A stretch of 61,419 nucleotides of DNA, filler included. It is 10 parts of 10 records of this genome, joined end to end, with 100 filler letters (N's around TTAATTAATTAA, not from the genome) between each part and the next. Parts side by side here need not be neighbours in the genome. Positions count along the whole stretch, not along the records: positions 25,835 to 38,544 come from SRR7504441_5539; positions 38,645 to 42,346 come from SRR7504441_5540; positions 42,447 to 48,727 come from SRR7504441_5543; 7 more parts are not named here. One strand, written 5' to 3'. The notes under the pieces are model-generated. The model had not been told where the DNA came from. It ran no database searches and saw only the letters and a program-made list of their open reading frames with translations. A program made the position numbers and the translations under genes. Position 1 is the first letter of the stretch. Each line of letters starts with the position of its first letter. Shown one piece after another: positions 34,001 to 45,714 of this stretch.

Positions 34001-37000
34001 CTGATTGCCAGCCACAAGGTCTCAGTGCAGAATTTGATCAGCGAGGGAGTGAATCTGAGATGGGAGGACAAGAAGAAGGAGCTCCAGTCTTATGCACAGC
34101 GTCTTGCAGACGAGGTCTTGTCTTTCCAGGATGCAGTCAATGAGCTACTGGCAGTCGACAAAAAAATTGAGCGCCAGCTTTCATCCCTGGCATCTTGTGC
34201 CTGGGACAAGCAAGCATTCCAGCAAATACTTGAAGACGTTCAAAAGCTAGTGGATGATTTGAACCTTGCATCCCACTCCAACCTAGAATTGTGGGTTGAT
34301 GCTCAGAACAAGAAGATAGAAGATCACCTTGTGGCTCGGCTCCAAGAAGGCATATCAGTGTGGAACTCAGTTTTCAATGAGACTGCTGGCGATGCGCAGA
34401 ATCCCAAGTCAGTGGACGATGAGGACGATGATCATAAACCCAAGTGTGATCTCCAGGTGCAGTCATCTGTCCATCAAATCAAGATCAGGAACCAATTGAT
34501 GTACTTGGATCCACCACTCGAGTTTGCTCGGAAGAACTGGGTTGGGCAACTGCACGTTTATCTGGGTATCATCTGCAACCTGCCAACGCTAAAGAGTTCA
34601 AGGTATGATGCGTGGGCAGCTGGTGTGGGCAGCAGTGAGGTTGACCAAGGCCCAGCATTCTACACTCATCTTCTGAAGCGGCTCCCACAAGGCGAGCTTG
34701 AGAGTGCTTACAATTCAATTGAGGCTCATCTGGAACACGTCAGACAATATGTTGAGACGTGGCTTCAATACCAAGCCCTTTGGGATATGCAAGCTAGTTA
34801 CATCTATGAACGACTGGGTGACGATATTAATCTATGGCAGCAGCTGCTCACTGAAATTAAGCTGGCACGGACCACTTTTGACACCAGTGAGACCTTCAAG
34901 GAATATGGCCCTGTCAAAATTGATTATCGTCAGGTCCAGGCAAAGGTGAACAACAAGTACGACGCATGGCACAAGGAACTTCTGAGCCAATTCGGACAAC
35001 GGCTTGGCACAGCATTGGTAACCTTCCATTCTGATGTCTCAGATGCACGCAGCAAGCTGGAGCGCACTGTGGTCGAGTTCAGCACAGCGGAGGCTGTTGC
35101 ATTTCTGACCCAGCTTCAGGACTTCAAGCAAAAGGCCCAGACTTGGGAATCAGAGGTTGAAGGGTTCCAGAATGGGCAGATCCTGCTGCAGAAGCAACGC
35201 TTTCAGTTCCCACAAGATTGGCTCTATTATGATCACGTCGCTGGCGAATGGAGTGCATTCCAGGAGATTTTGCGCCGCAAGAATGAGGAAGTTGCCTCCG
35301 AAATCCCAGAGCTACGCAAGAAGATCATTGAAGAAGATAAATCCTTGCAAGTCAGAGTCAATGATGTGCAGAGTGAGTGGAGTGCGAGCAAGCCGCTCCG
35401 TGGCTCAATCCCATGCGCGGACGCACTGGGTACTCTGCAAGTATATGATAGCCGTGTCAGCCAGCTGCAGGAGCACATGACATTGCTTGCACAGGCCAAG
35501 CAGGCACTTGAACTGGAGGTTTCAACAACAACAAGCCTTGAACTAGTGATTGAGGAGATATCAGACCTGAAGGGTGTATGGGAGGCGATTGCTTCAGTCT
35601 GGCAGGAGCTGACGCCCATCCGTGAAACTGCCTGGTCAGCCGTGATCCCGCGGAAAATTCGGACATTTCTGGACGAGGTTGGCGAGAAACTCAAAGAGTT
35701 GCCTTCGAGGTTCAAGTCCTACGAGGCTTATGAGTTCCTACGCAATCAGATTAAGAGCTACCAGAAAGTCAACTCTCTTGTTGCTGATTTGCGGTCTGAG
35801 GCAATGCGAGATAGGCACTGGAAAACACTATTGACAAAGCTTAACATGCACTGTCTCTTCTCAGAGCTTACTCTGGGGGCACTGTGGGATACTGATCTTG
35901 AAGCTCAAAGTAAGATTGTGCAAGATGTGATTCGGGTAGCCCAAGGAGAGCTTGCACTGGAGATGTTCCTTGCAGGCGTGCGCGAATTTTATGAGACATT
36001 CGAGCTCGAGACGGTCAGCTATCAAGGCAAATGTCGGCTCATCAAGGGCTGGGACGATCTGTTCACTAAATTGAATGACCATCTGCAAAGTCTGGGGTCC
36101 ATGAAAATGTCTCCGTTCTTCAAAACATTTGAGGAGGAGGCACTGAGCTGGGAGGACAAAGTCAATCGTGCTCGTAACATGTTTGATGTTTGGATTGATG
36201 TACAGCGCCGGTGGGTCTATTTGGAGGGAATCTTCTATGGCAGCGCCGATATCAAGCACACGCTGCCTAATGAGTACTCCCGCTTCAAGAGCATTGACAA
36301 TGAGTTCTTGAACATGATGAAGAAGGCAATGAAGACGCCCAACGTGTTGGAAATACTCAACATACAGGGCCAGCAGCGCACGCTGGATCGTATCTCAGAT
36401 CTACTGAGTAAGATTCAGAAGGCGCTCAGTGAATATCTTGAGAAGGAGCGTTCTAGCTTTCCAAGATTTTACTTTGTTGGAGATGAAGACTTGCTCGAAA
36501 TTATTGGGAACTCGAAAGACCCAGTCAAGATTCAAAAGCACCTACGTAAGATGTTTGCTGGGCTGGCATTGCTTCAGTTCTCAGAGGATGCTTCGGAAGT
36601 GCACGGTATGGAGTCTGCTGAGGGTGAAGTAGTGCCATTCAACACTGCTGTTCAAGTCAAGGATAGGAAGATGAATGAATGGCTGCAGAGCGTGCAAGAA
36701 ATGATGGTGCTGTCCCTCGCTAAGCATCTCGAAAATTCATTGGAAGCCTCCAAGCCCTTATATGCTGGTGGCAAATTCGATGCCCCTGGATACTGTGATT
36801 GGGCAGCTAAGTTCCCAGCTCAAATTACGCTGTTGAGTACCCAAGTAATGATTACGCAACTAGTCGAGCAGGCTTTGGATGGTGGCGAGGCAGCCATGTC
36901 CTCAACTGTGGCCCTTTTCCAGCAGATCCTGGATTGCCTTGCAGATCAGGTGCTCACACCATCTTCAACCAACCTTCTCCGGAAGTATGAACAGCTGATC

Positions 37001-38544
37001 AAGGAGCTTGTCCATGGGCGAGATGCCCTGAGGATCCTGATCAAGGACCAAGTGAAATCCAAAAGTGATTTCAAATGGCTGTACTTCATGCGCTTCTACT
37101 ATGACACAGCTTGCAAAGAGATTGATAGCAGGCTTGTCGTACGAGTGGCCAATGCATCATTCCTCTATGGGTATGAATACTTGGGGATCAATGATGGCCT
37201 CGTACAGACTCCATTGATTGATTCTACCTATCTGACCCTGACACAGGCTCTGCACAGCCGTCTTGGTGGCTCACCATTTGGGCCTGCTGGAACTGGCAAG
37301 ACTGAATCTGTCAAGGCATTGGGCGCACAGTTGGGAAGGTATGTCATTGTTTTCAACTGCGATGAAAATTTCGATTTGCTTGCTATGGGCCGAATCTTTG
37401 TTGGCCTCTGTCAATGTGGAGCCTGGGGTTGCTTTGATGAATTCAATCGGCTTGAAGAACGCATTCTTTCGGCAGTATCCCAACAGATCCTTACCATACA
37501 GTCTGGGCTGCGTGACGAAAGCAGTGAGATTGAACTCATGAACAAGGGCTGTGCTTTGAATAGCGACACAGGCATCTTTGTGACAATGAATCCTGGTTAT
37601 GCTGGCCGGTCCAATCTTCCAGACAACCTGAAGCAGCTGTTCCATCAAGCAGCAATGATCAAACCAGACAGGCAGTCGATTGCACAGGTGACACTGTATT
37701 CTCAGGGTTTCCAAACCGCTGAGGTATTGTCACAGAAGGTAGTGCCACTGTTCAATCTCTGTGCAGACCAACTCTCTCAGCAGCCCCACTATGATTTTGG
37801 CCTGCGGGCCTTAAAGTATGTGTTGGTGAGTGCTGGCAATCTCAAACGGAAGAGCCTTGCAGCTGATACCACTGTGGGTGAACACGACGAAGCCGGATTC
37901 TTGATCAGAAGCATGTGTGACACCATGATTCCCAAGCTGGTGCAGCAGGACATTCCTCTGTTCAACTCATTGATCTGTGATGTGTTCCCTGGAGCAGATA
38001 TTGCACCACCTGGTCTGGAGGAGCTCACAGCAGAGATCCACAGACAGTGCGAAAAGCGTTCCCTGTGCCCAGGACCACTCTGGATTCAAAAGATTTTGCA
38101 ACTGTACCAGATTCAGAATATTGCCCATGGTGTCATGCTTGTGGGACCATCTGGTGTTGGCAAGACTACGGCATGGAAAGTGCTGCTAAAGGCATTGCAG
38201 GTGGTGGATGGAATAGAGGGTGTCTCATATGTAATGGACCCCAAAGCAATTACCAAGGAGCAGTTATATGGCTCCCTTGATCCCACAACGCGAGAATGGA
38301 CTGATGGTGTCTTCACTGCTACACTGCGTAAGATCGTTGACAATATGAGAGGTGAGGCTAGCAAGCGGCACTGGATTCTATTTGATGGTGATGTCGACCC
38401 TGAATGGGTTGAGAACCTCAACTCTGTCCTTGATGACAACAAGTTGTTGACCCTGCCAAATGGAGAGCGTCTAATCATACCATCAAATGTCCGAATTATG
38501 TTTGAAGTGGAGAACCTCAAGTATGCCACCCTTGCCACAGTCAG
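31086..38544 (+). CDS. DYNC1H1: Cytoplasmic dynein-1 heavy chain (3'-truncated)
   Basis: Motifs AKRFHAT, MHDFPINDLL, SKLRDLP..AGSIIWARQI, FPRFYFVGDEDLLEIIG, GGSPFGPAGTGKTESVK (AAA1), GPSGVGKT (AAA2) and DGDVDPEWVENLNSVLDDNK. About nine introns before 32514, then one long exon. Confidence 0.97.
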
Positions 38545-38644
38545 NNNNNNNNNNNNNNNNNNNNNNNNNNNNNNNNNNNNNNNNNNNNTTAATTAATTAA
38601 NNNNNNNNNNNNNNNNNNNNNNNNNNNNNNNNNNNNNNNNNNNN

Positions 38645-39100
38645 CATTCAATTGCTGCGCGAGCAGAGCTACATTCTTTCGTTCCTGGTCAAGGGCCTTC
38701 GTCATCTCTTCCTTTGCAGATTCTAACTCCTGTACTTTTCTCCTTTGCAAAACCGCCTCGTTATGAGCAACTTCAGTTGCAGCCAGCTCGGTCTCAAGCT
38801 GTTGATCTACCACTTTTCGAGCTTCAAGCTCTTCCAGCAGCTCTTGCACGCCAATTTGGCCAACAGCTCCTGCTGTAACTGCTCCACATGCCTCTCCTTG
38901 TGCTCCAGTTGAACTCTCATCTCGTCCACCACAGCACTGAAATCCAGCACACGAAGCGCATAGCCCTCAGCCACCCTCTTGGCCTGCACGCACTCGGCTT
39001 CACAGTCCCGCCACATCTGCTCGAGGTACTCCGTGCTCTATCAAGCCGGTCGCTGGGCGGTGTGTGCACTCGGCTAGACCGCCGGTGCTTGAGGTACTCA
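38645..39100 (-). CDS. Coiled-coil protein fragment
   Basis: Heptad-rich ORFs at 38807-39016 and 38589-38849; structure uncertain. Confidence 0.4.
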
Positions 39101-39289
39101 GGGTTATTCTACTGGCAATTCTCCGGCCGGAGGGAGACGAGCCAGCGTGTCGGCCTTGCGCCGTCTTCTTCGCGGAGAGCTTGGAGTGTGAGCAGATTCT
39201 CAAGCCGTTACTCGCTTACAGCGGGATCGAAACAAATGAGCTAATGCAAGATTTCGCCAATGAGCTAATGCCAAATGATTAAAATGTCG

Positions 39290-40282
39290 TCAAACTTTAA
39301 CATTTGCTTGGTCGGGTACGCTACAGGCCTCTTGCAACAGGCAGCCTTGCCATACTCCACTATGGCAAGCTGCGTGCGCCGCTTCATCCAGCCCGGCTCT
39401 GCAACACGCCGCGCGGTATAGCCGGCTGCTCGACAGCCCCATCTTATCTTCGGGGCGAGGACGGTCTACCCCAGGGCACTCCGAAAGCATAGCATTCAGC
39501 CTAAACACATGCACTGTGCGACAGGCCGACATTGGCACCCCGAAATATTTGACCACGCCAGGCTCTCCCGGCGCACGGCACGTCTCGACGATCCGGCCCT
39601 CGTCGGTTGCCAGCCATGAGTGCGAGCACCAGAGCCGGTTCCTCGACAGCCCGAACCTGCCCCGTTCGTTGGTTCAGGCCGGCGGCCCGGTGCACCCTGT
39701 CATCACTACGCATCCGGGATGATTGAACCAGTACCCGACCACGTTCTTGTGACATGTCTTGGGCGCCGGCGCCGGCAGGTTCTGGTGCGGCGGCGGGGCA
39801 GCAGCCACCTCTGTGGGCGCCTGCAGCTGGCCCCGGTCCAAGAGCGGCTCCAGGTCCGGCTCGGCGTATCCGGACTGGAATAGAATCTCGTGGATCCCAA
39901 GCCCGCCGTGCCGGAGCACCCGACGCTCGAGCGCCAGGTAGCGGCTGTCCCGGGCCAGAAGCTCTTGCCGGACAGCAGCAGGCAGCAGCCGAGCCTTCAT
40001 CTCCGGGCAGCAGATGCTGCCGTCGTGCAGCCCCTGGAGGCACCAGCCCCAGAACAGGTCGGTCGCCAGCCCCTCCGGCGCCTCGATCAGCCGGCCGGCC
40101 TCGAGGCCCATCTGGCGCAGCCCTGCCACGGTCAGTGGCCGTGGCTCCGCCCGCAGCTGCCGGTCAAACAGCCGGTCGCAGCGGAGCTCTGCCGGGTGGG
40201 CCGCCGTGTGGACCAGCTGGGCGGCGGCCAGCTCCTCCTCGGCCTCCTCCCAGATATCCTGTCGGTTCCAGGCAGCCAGCAT
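39290..40282 (-). CDS. Hypothetical protein with CHxN...HSW...IVET...YFGV (transglutaminase/papain-like triad) module
   Basis: One GT-AG intron joins CHKNVVGYW...VMTG to FGLSRNRLWCSHSWLATDEGRIVET...VKYFGVP. Confidence 0.6.
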
Positions 40283-40375
40283 CGGGAGGGGAGGGTAGCC
40301 TGGGTAGCCAGGAGACAAGGAAAGCGGCCGAGCACGCCAGTGGCGCTCCTCGCCGTCGGAAATCCGTTAGAATCC

Positions 40376-42094
40376 ATGGGGCGTCTCCTGGTCTGGTCTT
40401 ACGTGCTCGGGCTGGCGGTGGGGGTGCCGTTGGAGTGCGCCCCCACTGGGCTGGAGCCGCAGTGGCCCAGCTACCACGCGCACAACGGGCTGGAGCGCGC
40501 GGCTGACGGCAGCTTGAACCTGCAGCCGCTCAACGACGCGAACGCCATCTTCGAGTACCGAGGCATCTTCCACCTGATGATGCAGCACGGGGGCGGGAAC
40601 TGGACTCACGCCGTCTCCAACGACTTGGTCCGATGGCACCACCTGGCCGACGCGCTCGGCTCCGGCGGGCCAGGGATTGATTTCCCGGATAGAAACCCTT
40701 GCGACGGCGCGCTCTCTTTTCCCGACCTGGGAGCGGCCCCGTTCAACGGCTCGGCCCCGGTGATTATCTACGATACGGACTGCGGCACGCCACTCCCCAA
40801 GAATCAGACACCGCCTACCGGACCCTTCTCGCGGCACAAGATCCCGGGGGATGTGGCACGGCTGGAAGTAGCCAGACCGCGCGACCCATCCTCGCCCTAC
40901 CTGCAGCAGTGGGTCAAGACCACTTCGGGCCCGGTCAGCTTCGACGGCCTCCCCTGCGCCTTCCCGTCCGTTGTGTGGAGAGCCGAGACAGCCGGGCCAC
41001 CGAGATGGAACATGCTGTGCGCGCCCGACGGAGCGGCGGCCTGGGCGCGATATGTATCTGACAGCCCGAGCCTGATGCGCTGGAGGCTGGCAGATCCACA
41101 GTTTACAGAGCCAGTGGCGCTTGGGTGCTATGACTGTGTCCAGACCGGGATTATGTTTAGGCCATTGACAAACCCCGCAACTGATGGGTTCGGGCCCACG
41201 CACATCATCACAGGCAATCTGAGCGGGTACTGGGACGGCAGCGGGCGGTGCCGGCATGATGCATTCTTCCTGGGCAGGTATGATGCTCAGACCGAGAAGT
41301 TCCTGGTCAATACAACTCTTGGGCCGCAGTTGCTAGAGAACGGCTGTGGCGACGGAAGCTTCCCGCCCGGCCGGAGTTCTTGGGCTGTGGCCGGACAGAC
41401 TGCAGACGGCCGGCTGATTTCGGTGGACTGGCTCCAGATCAGCCCAGGACCGGCCCGGCCTGGAGAGGAGAGTGGTCGGAACGTGGCTTCCCTCGTGAGA
41501 GAGTTACTGTACGACCATGCAGCGCAACAGCTGCTGCTCCGCCCGGTGGCGGAGTACAGCAAGCTTCATAATGCGAGCTTTGTGACCAACCAGTCGTTGG
41601 CGCTCGCCCCAGGGCGTCTAGCGACCCTCGATGTGCCACAGGACAAGGCCGGCGCTTTAGACATCCACCTGGCTTTCGACCTTAGCTCTAGCAGCCCACT
41701 CTCGGCGTTTGGGCTGGCGATTCGGGCTCCTCAGGGAAGTATTGCAGGGGCGGGGCTCACGGTGTCTTTCAATGTGTCAACCCCGCACCCGGGCTCAGGA
41801 ATCCGGCTGGTGACTGTTTATGGCGTGCATGCAGAGGTGCCGCCAGTTAAGTTGCTCCCCGGTGAGATGCTGCAAGTGCGAGCCTTGGTGGACAGGCCGA
41901 TCATAGAGGTCTTCCTGATGGGTGGCCGAGCTGCGTTTGTTGCCAGCCGGGTGCCCTTTGAGCCCGATCTGACAGCCATCCACTTGTTCAGCGGGCAAGC
42001 TAGCGTGATAGCCAGGAACGTCTCGGTATACGGGATGGGTTGCGGCTGGGTCGACCAAATGCCCACTCCGCGACAGATCTCAGCCAACAGCTAG
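40376..42094 (+). CDS. Secreted glycoside hydrolase family 32 (beta-fructofuranosidase-like), intronless
   Basis: Signal peptide; LNDANAIFEYRGIFHLMMQH, WTHAVSNDLVRW, SLVRELL, PVAEYSKL and ALVDRPIIEVF..GGR. Confidence 0.85.
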   Translation: MGRLLVWSYVLGLAVGVPLECAPTGLEPQWPSYHAHNGLERAADGSLNLQPLNDANAIFEYRGIFHLMMQHGGGNWTHAVSNDLVRWHHLADALGSGGPGIDFPDRNPCDGALSFPDLGAAPFNGSAPVIIYDTDCGTPLPKNQTPPTGPFSRHKIPGDVARLEVARPRDPSSPYLQQWVKTTSGPVSFDGLPCAFPSVVWRAETAGPPRWNMLCAPDGAAAWARYVSDSPSLMRWRLADPQFTEPVALGCYDCVQTGIMFRPLTNPATDGFGPTHIITGNLSGYWDGSGRCRHDAFFLGRYDAQTEKFLVNTTLGPQLLENGCGDGSFPPGRSSWAVAGQTADGRLISVDWLQISPGPARPGEESGRNVASLVRELLYDHAAQQLLLRPVAEYSKLHNASFVTNQSLALAPGRLATLDVPQDKAGALDIHLAFDLSSSSPLSAFGLAIRAPQGSIAGAGLTVSFNVSTPHPGSGIRLVTVYGVHAEVPPVKLLPGEMLQVRALVDRPIIEVFLMGGRAAFVASRVPFEPDLTAIHLFSGQASVIARNVSVYGMGCGWVDQMPTPRQISANS

Positions 42095-42446
42095 CCAACA
42101 GCTGACGATCACAAGTCATTGTATAACTGAAGGCTTCCGTCATGTATCGTATACAATTATCATTGTACAGCATTACAATCATATTACAATCATGATTGTA
42201 CATGTACGGTACACTCAAAATGTCGGCGGGGCAGGTCCTAAATGCACTTCGTGTAAGACTCTAAATCCCCGTACTTAAGACCCAAATAAACTTACCTTTC
42301 TAAATCCCTTCGTCTGAGAGCGGTGCGACCAAGGGGACTAGGATTTNNNNNNNNNNNNNNNNNNNNNNNNNNNNNNNNNNNNNNNNNNNNTTAATTAATT
42401 AANNNNNNNNNNNNNNNNNNNNNNNNNNNNNNNNNNNNNNNNNNNN

Positions 42447-43148
42447 GGCAGCTGCAGCCCTGGCAGCCTCCTCCTCTGCAGCCTTAGTGTCAGCCACTTG
42501 CTTCGCAGCCGCTTCCCTGGCCGCTCTGTTTGCAGCCGCCTGCGCAGCCTTCTTTTTGGCCTCATCGCTGGCCGCTTGCTCCTCGCGTACTCGCTGACGC
42601 TCGGCCGCTTGCTTAGCAACCTCCTCCCGGGCTGACTTGTTCGCTGCCGCCTTTGCCGCCGCAGCACTGGCCTCCTGGTCGCGGGCTTTTGTGCTGGGTG
42701 CCCTGTTCGCCGCCTCCTCTCGCCGCTGCTTCGCCGCCGCCTCGACAGCTTTCTTCGACGATTCTTCTCGGGCTTTCCTGGCAGCCTCCTCCTCCTCCCG
42801 AGCGGCCCATTTCGCTTCGCGCTTCGCCAACTCCTTCGCGGCTGCAGCCCTGTCCTCCCCCTGCTTCGCAGCCTTGGCGTCAGCCACTTTCTTGGCAGCC
42901 TCCTCGCGTGCTGCTTTGTTGGCCCGCTCCTGCGGGCTGAGCGCCTTTGGACTACGCGGCGATGTGCGCTGCTTAGACCAGTCGATGCGCTCGGCGCCCA
43001 GGAAAGTCATAATCTTCTCGTCCTCCTTCTCCTGCCTCTCTCGCTCTGGCGAGGTTGGTGAGGTCAGCCCCGGCAGCTCCCGTTGGATCTCCGGGACTTT
43101 GTTCTGCCGGTGTGACAACGCCCCGCCCGGCGCGAGGCGAGACGACAT
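42447..43148 (-). CDS. Ala/Lys/Glu-rich repeat coiled-coil protein (3'-truncated)
   Basis: Repeats of ANKAAREEAAKKVADAKAA. Confidence 0.65.
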
Positions 43149-44264
43149 GCCGAGTCTCCCTGGCCCGCCTCTGCAACGAAGCCGCCAACGACACTCATCA
43201 AGCTGAACCCAAAAGCGAAATCGCCGGCCAAGGAAGGCCCCGGCAGCTGACGAGGAGGCTGCCAGGGAGGCAGCGAACCGAGCAGCGCGCGAGGTGGCCG
43301 CTAAGCAAGTGGCTGACGCCAAAGCTGCTGAGGCGGCCGGCATGGCATGGCGGCCCAGGTGCCGGCACCGGTGCTGTGGCGCCGGGCTAGCTCTCCGTCG
43401 GCGCATCGCCCGGGCAGATCAGCCTCGCCTCACCGGTGCGAAGGCGGGCAGGGCGGGCACCCAACAGCGCTGGCAGGGGAAAGAGCTGGGAAGCCTGGAA
43501 GCGGGAGAAGGCGAGCCAGTCGCCGGGCAGGTCGCTTCATGGCTCGCGCAGCACGGATCAAGATGAATTAAAAAAGGGCATCATGGAATCTGCTGCAAGA
43601 AGGAGGGCAGCCAGTATTACGCCGGCGCCTTTGGTGGGCGTGGATGTAACTGGAAATAGCAGCGCATAAGCAGCGCAGACTACCTCGCACCAGGTGCTCT
43701 TTCGTTGAATGATCCGCCCGAGACCGCCGCAGCATTGGCGATGCATCGAGTATCTTTATCTCTTTGATTTAATACTCTTTGGTAACTTTTTGAACGTGCA
43801 GTTGCCAGGCTACGGCTACTCAATCAGCCAACATAACTGTGTACTTGCACATGTAACTCGCAGTCGCTAACTTGTTATTATTGAAGTGACTTTCAAGTAA
43901 GCTCTTTCCAGTTACTTTCCAGTGTCTCATTCGACCGGTATACGTACTGTGGTGACGTGCGTGCTATCTGCACATGTGCCGTACCTGGCTATACGCAGAG
44001 ATTCTGGAGGCTGGGATCAAGCGCGACCGCACACGGGCTGGTCTTAGGCTGGTCTTAGGCTGGTCTAGGGCTAGCTCTACATGTACTGTAGCTTGCATTA
44101 GCTCATGCCGGCGTCTTTTGCACCGACTTTGCAAGCTGTCGCGCAAATGTTGTTACTTGGAGATGGGGCGGGGCGGAGAACAGGACAGGAAAGCTCGAGC
44201 CGGACGAGCAGGTGAAGTTTGACAAGCTTAACGCGAGCAACGAGGAGCAGACGAACCTCCGCGG

Positions 44265-44661
44265 ATGGCGCTTGTGGAGTGGTCTTCCGGGCTGTTCGAC
44301 TGCGGAAGCGCCCCGGACATCGGTGTGCGGCCGGCGCGGCCGGTGCTGAGCGGTGGAGTGGGCAGCGTTGCTTGGGTGCCTGTGCCCTTGCGCCCTGGCG
44401 GCGATGGTCAGGCGGAACCTGCCCGGCACCCCACCGCCGGCCGGGTTGGTACTGCTCTCGCTGCTGCCATGCGCCTGGTGCTGCTGGAGGCACGAGATGC
44501 GCGACGTGTACCAGATCGAGGGCTCGGGGTGGCGAGACTGCCTGGCGGTGAGCTTCTGTCCACCGTGCGCGCTGTGCCAGCAGGCACGGCACTGGGAGAA
44601 CGAGGAATGCGACGGATTCTTGGGGGCTGAGAGGTGGCTGGTGAGGCTGGCCCAGTGGTGA
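44265..44661 (+). CDS. PLAC8-family cysteine-rich membrane protein, 1 intron
   Basis: WSSGLFDC...CLCPC...RHEMRDVYQIEGS..DCLAVSFCPPCALCQQAR. Confidence 0.88.
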
Positions 44662-44859
44662 GCAGGGGCGACAGGGCGGAACGGGGTGTGAGCAGCCCAA
44701 TGACTGGATCACTGCGCGCGTCGGCACCTGTGCTCAACACATATTATGAGTATAGGCCTAGTGCTGCGACATGATATGGCATTGGTCTCTTTATTCACAG
44801 ATACGTACGAGTTTCAATCATGATCCGGCATAATTAATTAATAACACTTGTTCCAGCAG

Positions 44860-44902
44860 CCTCCTATGAATAGGAGGCCCTCCTATGAATAGGAGGCCCT
44901 CC
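44860..44902. repeat. Tandem 19-bp palindromic repeat CCTCCTATGAATAGGAGGC x2.3
   Basis: Directly visible; each unit forms a CCTCCTA-TGAA-TAGGAGG hairpin. Confidence 0.9.
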
Positions 44903-45179
44903 TTTTTATAGTAGGCAATTTATTTAAGGGCTACATGTAATAGAAAAAATCGTTGCGAACACTTACCAGCGGTTACTCGTCGGCAGCGTGGGGGTAAACA
45001 ATCGAGTTGTCTAGCAGAGGAGAAGGCGGAGGCGCTCGAGGAGCGAGTGCAGGCTGCTCTGGCGGCGAGCCGGCCGTTGCTGCCGGGTAGCTGCCGGGAT
45101 GCTGAGTGGAGGAGGAGTATAGGCTAGCGCTCATGATCACGATCATGACTTTCTTTACTGTATTTACATCCCCCAGATT

Positions 45180-45623
45180 TCAGTCGGCCTTGGCGCCGCG
45201 TGTGTCCGACATGAGTCCGGCCAGCCCCGTGCCGGTGATCAACGACCAGGCATAGATGGGGGGCGTCGTCCAGGCAAACTTGCCGTGGGTGTCTGGCGAC
45301 TTGAGGCCGAGGCCGACGGCGCAGATGAAGGTCGTGGCGCTCAGCACGACGGCGATTTTCGCGAGGCGCTGGCTCTCCGGCCCCGTGGTGCCGGCTGCCT
45401 GCCAGAAGATCCAGGCCAGGGCAAAAACCATGAGGCCACAGGTGTGATAGCAGACGTTGCAGATGAAGTCGACCTCCTGGGGTGACCAGGTGGCGTCGCC
45501 TGCGAGGTTGGACGCGTACAGGGTGCCCTTCGCCAGGCTCTCCGCGACGACGGGGCCGCCCACCAGCTCGTGGACTAAGCCCATGAAGAGGCAGAGCACG
45601 GCGGGGATCTTGTAAAGCAGCAT
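45180..45623 (-). CDS. Small 4-TM membrane protein
   Basis: MLLYKIPAVLCLFMGLVHELVGG...CYHTCGLMVFALA; four hydrophobic segments; intronless. Confidence 0.7.
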   Translation of the reverse strand: MLLYKIPAVLCLFMGLVHELVGGPVVAESLAKGTLYASNLAGDATWSPQEVDFICNVCYHTCGLMVFALAWIFWQAAGTTGPESQRLAKIAVVLSATTFICAVGLGLKSPDTHGKFAWTTPPIYAWSLITGTGLAGLMSDTRGAKAD

Positions 45624-45714
45624 GGTCCCGGGGCCCCGGACCGGTGTATAACGGCAACTGAACTCAACTGATCCTGAACAACAACTGATCCCGGACGTCC
45701 AGGGATCAGGAGCG

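Noticed and set aside
32501-38544. Possible alternative genetic code, suggested by fragmented ORFs
   Set aside because: About 2000 codons of dynein read without stops, and fragmentation elsewhere is resolved by short introns.
39890-40375. 162-aa N-terminal extension of the GH32 ORF
   Set aside because: It is antisense to the neighbouring gene, and the signal peptide begins at ATG 40376.
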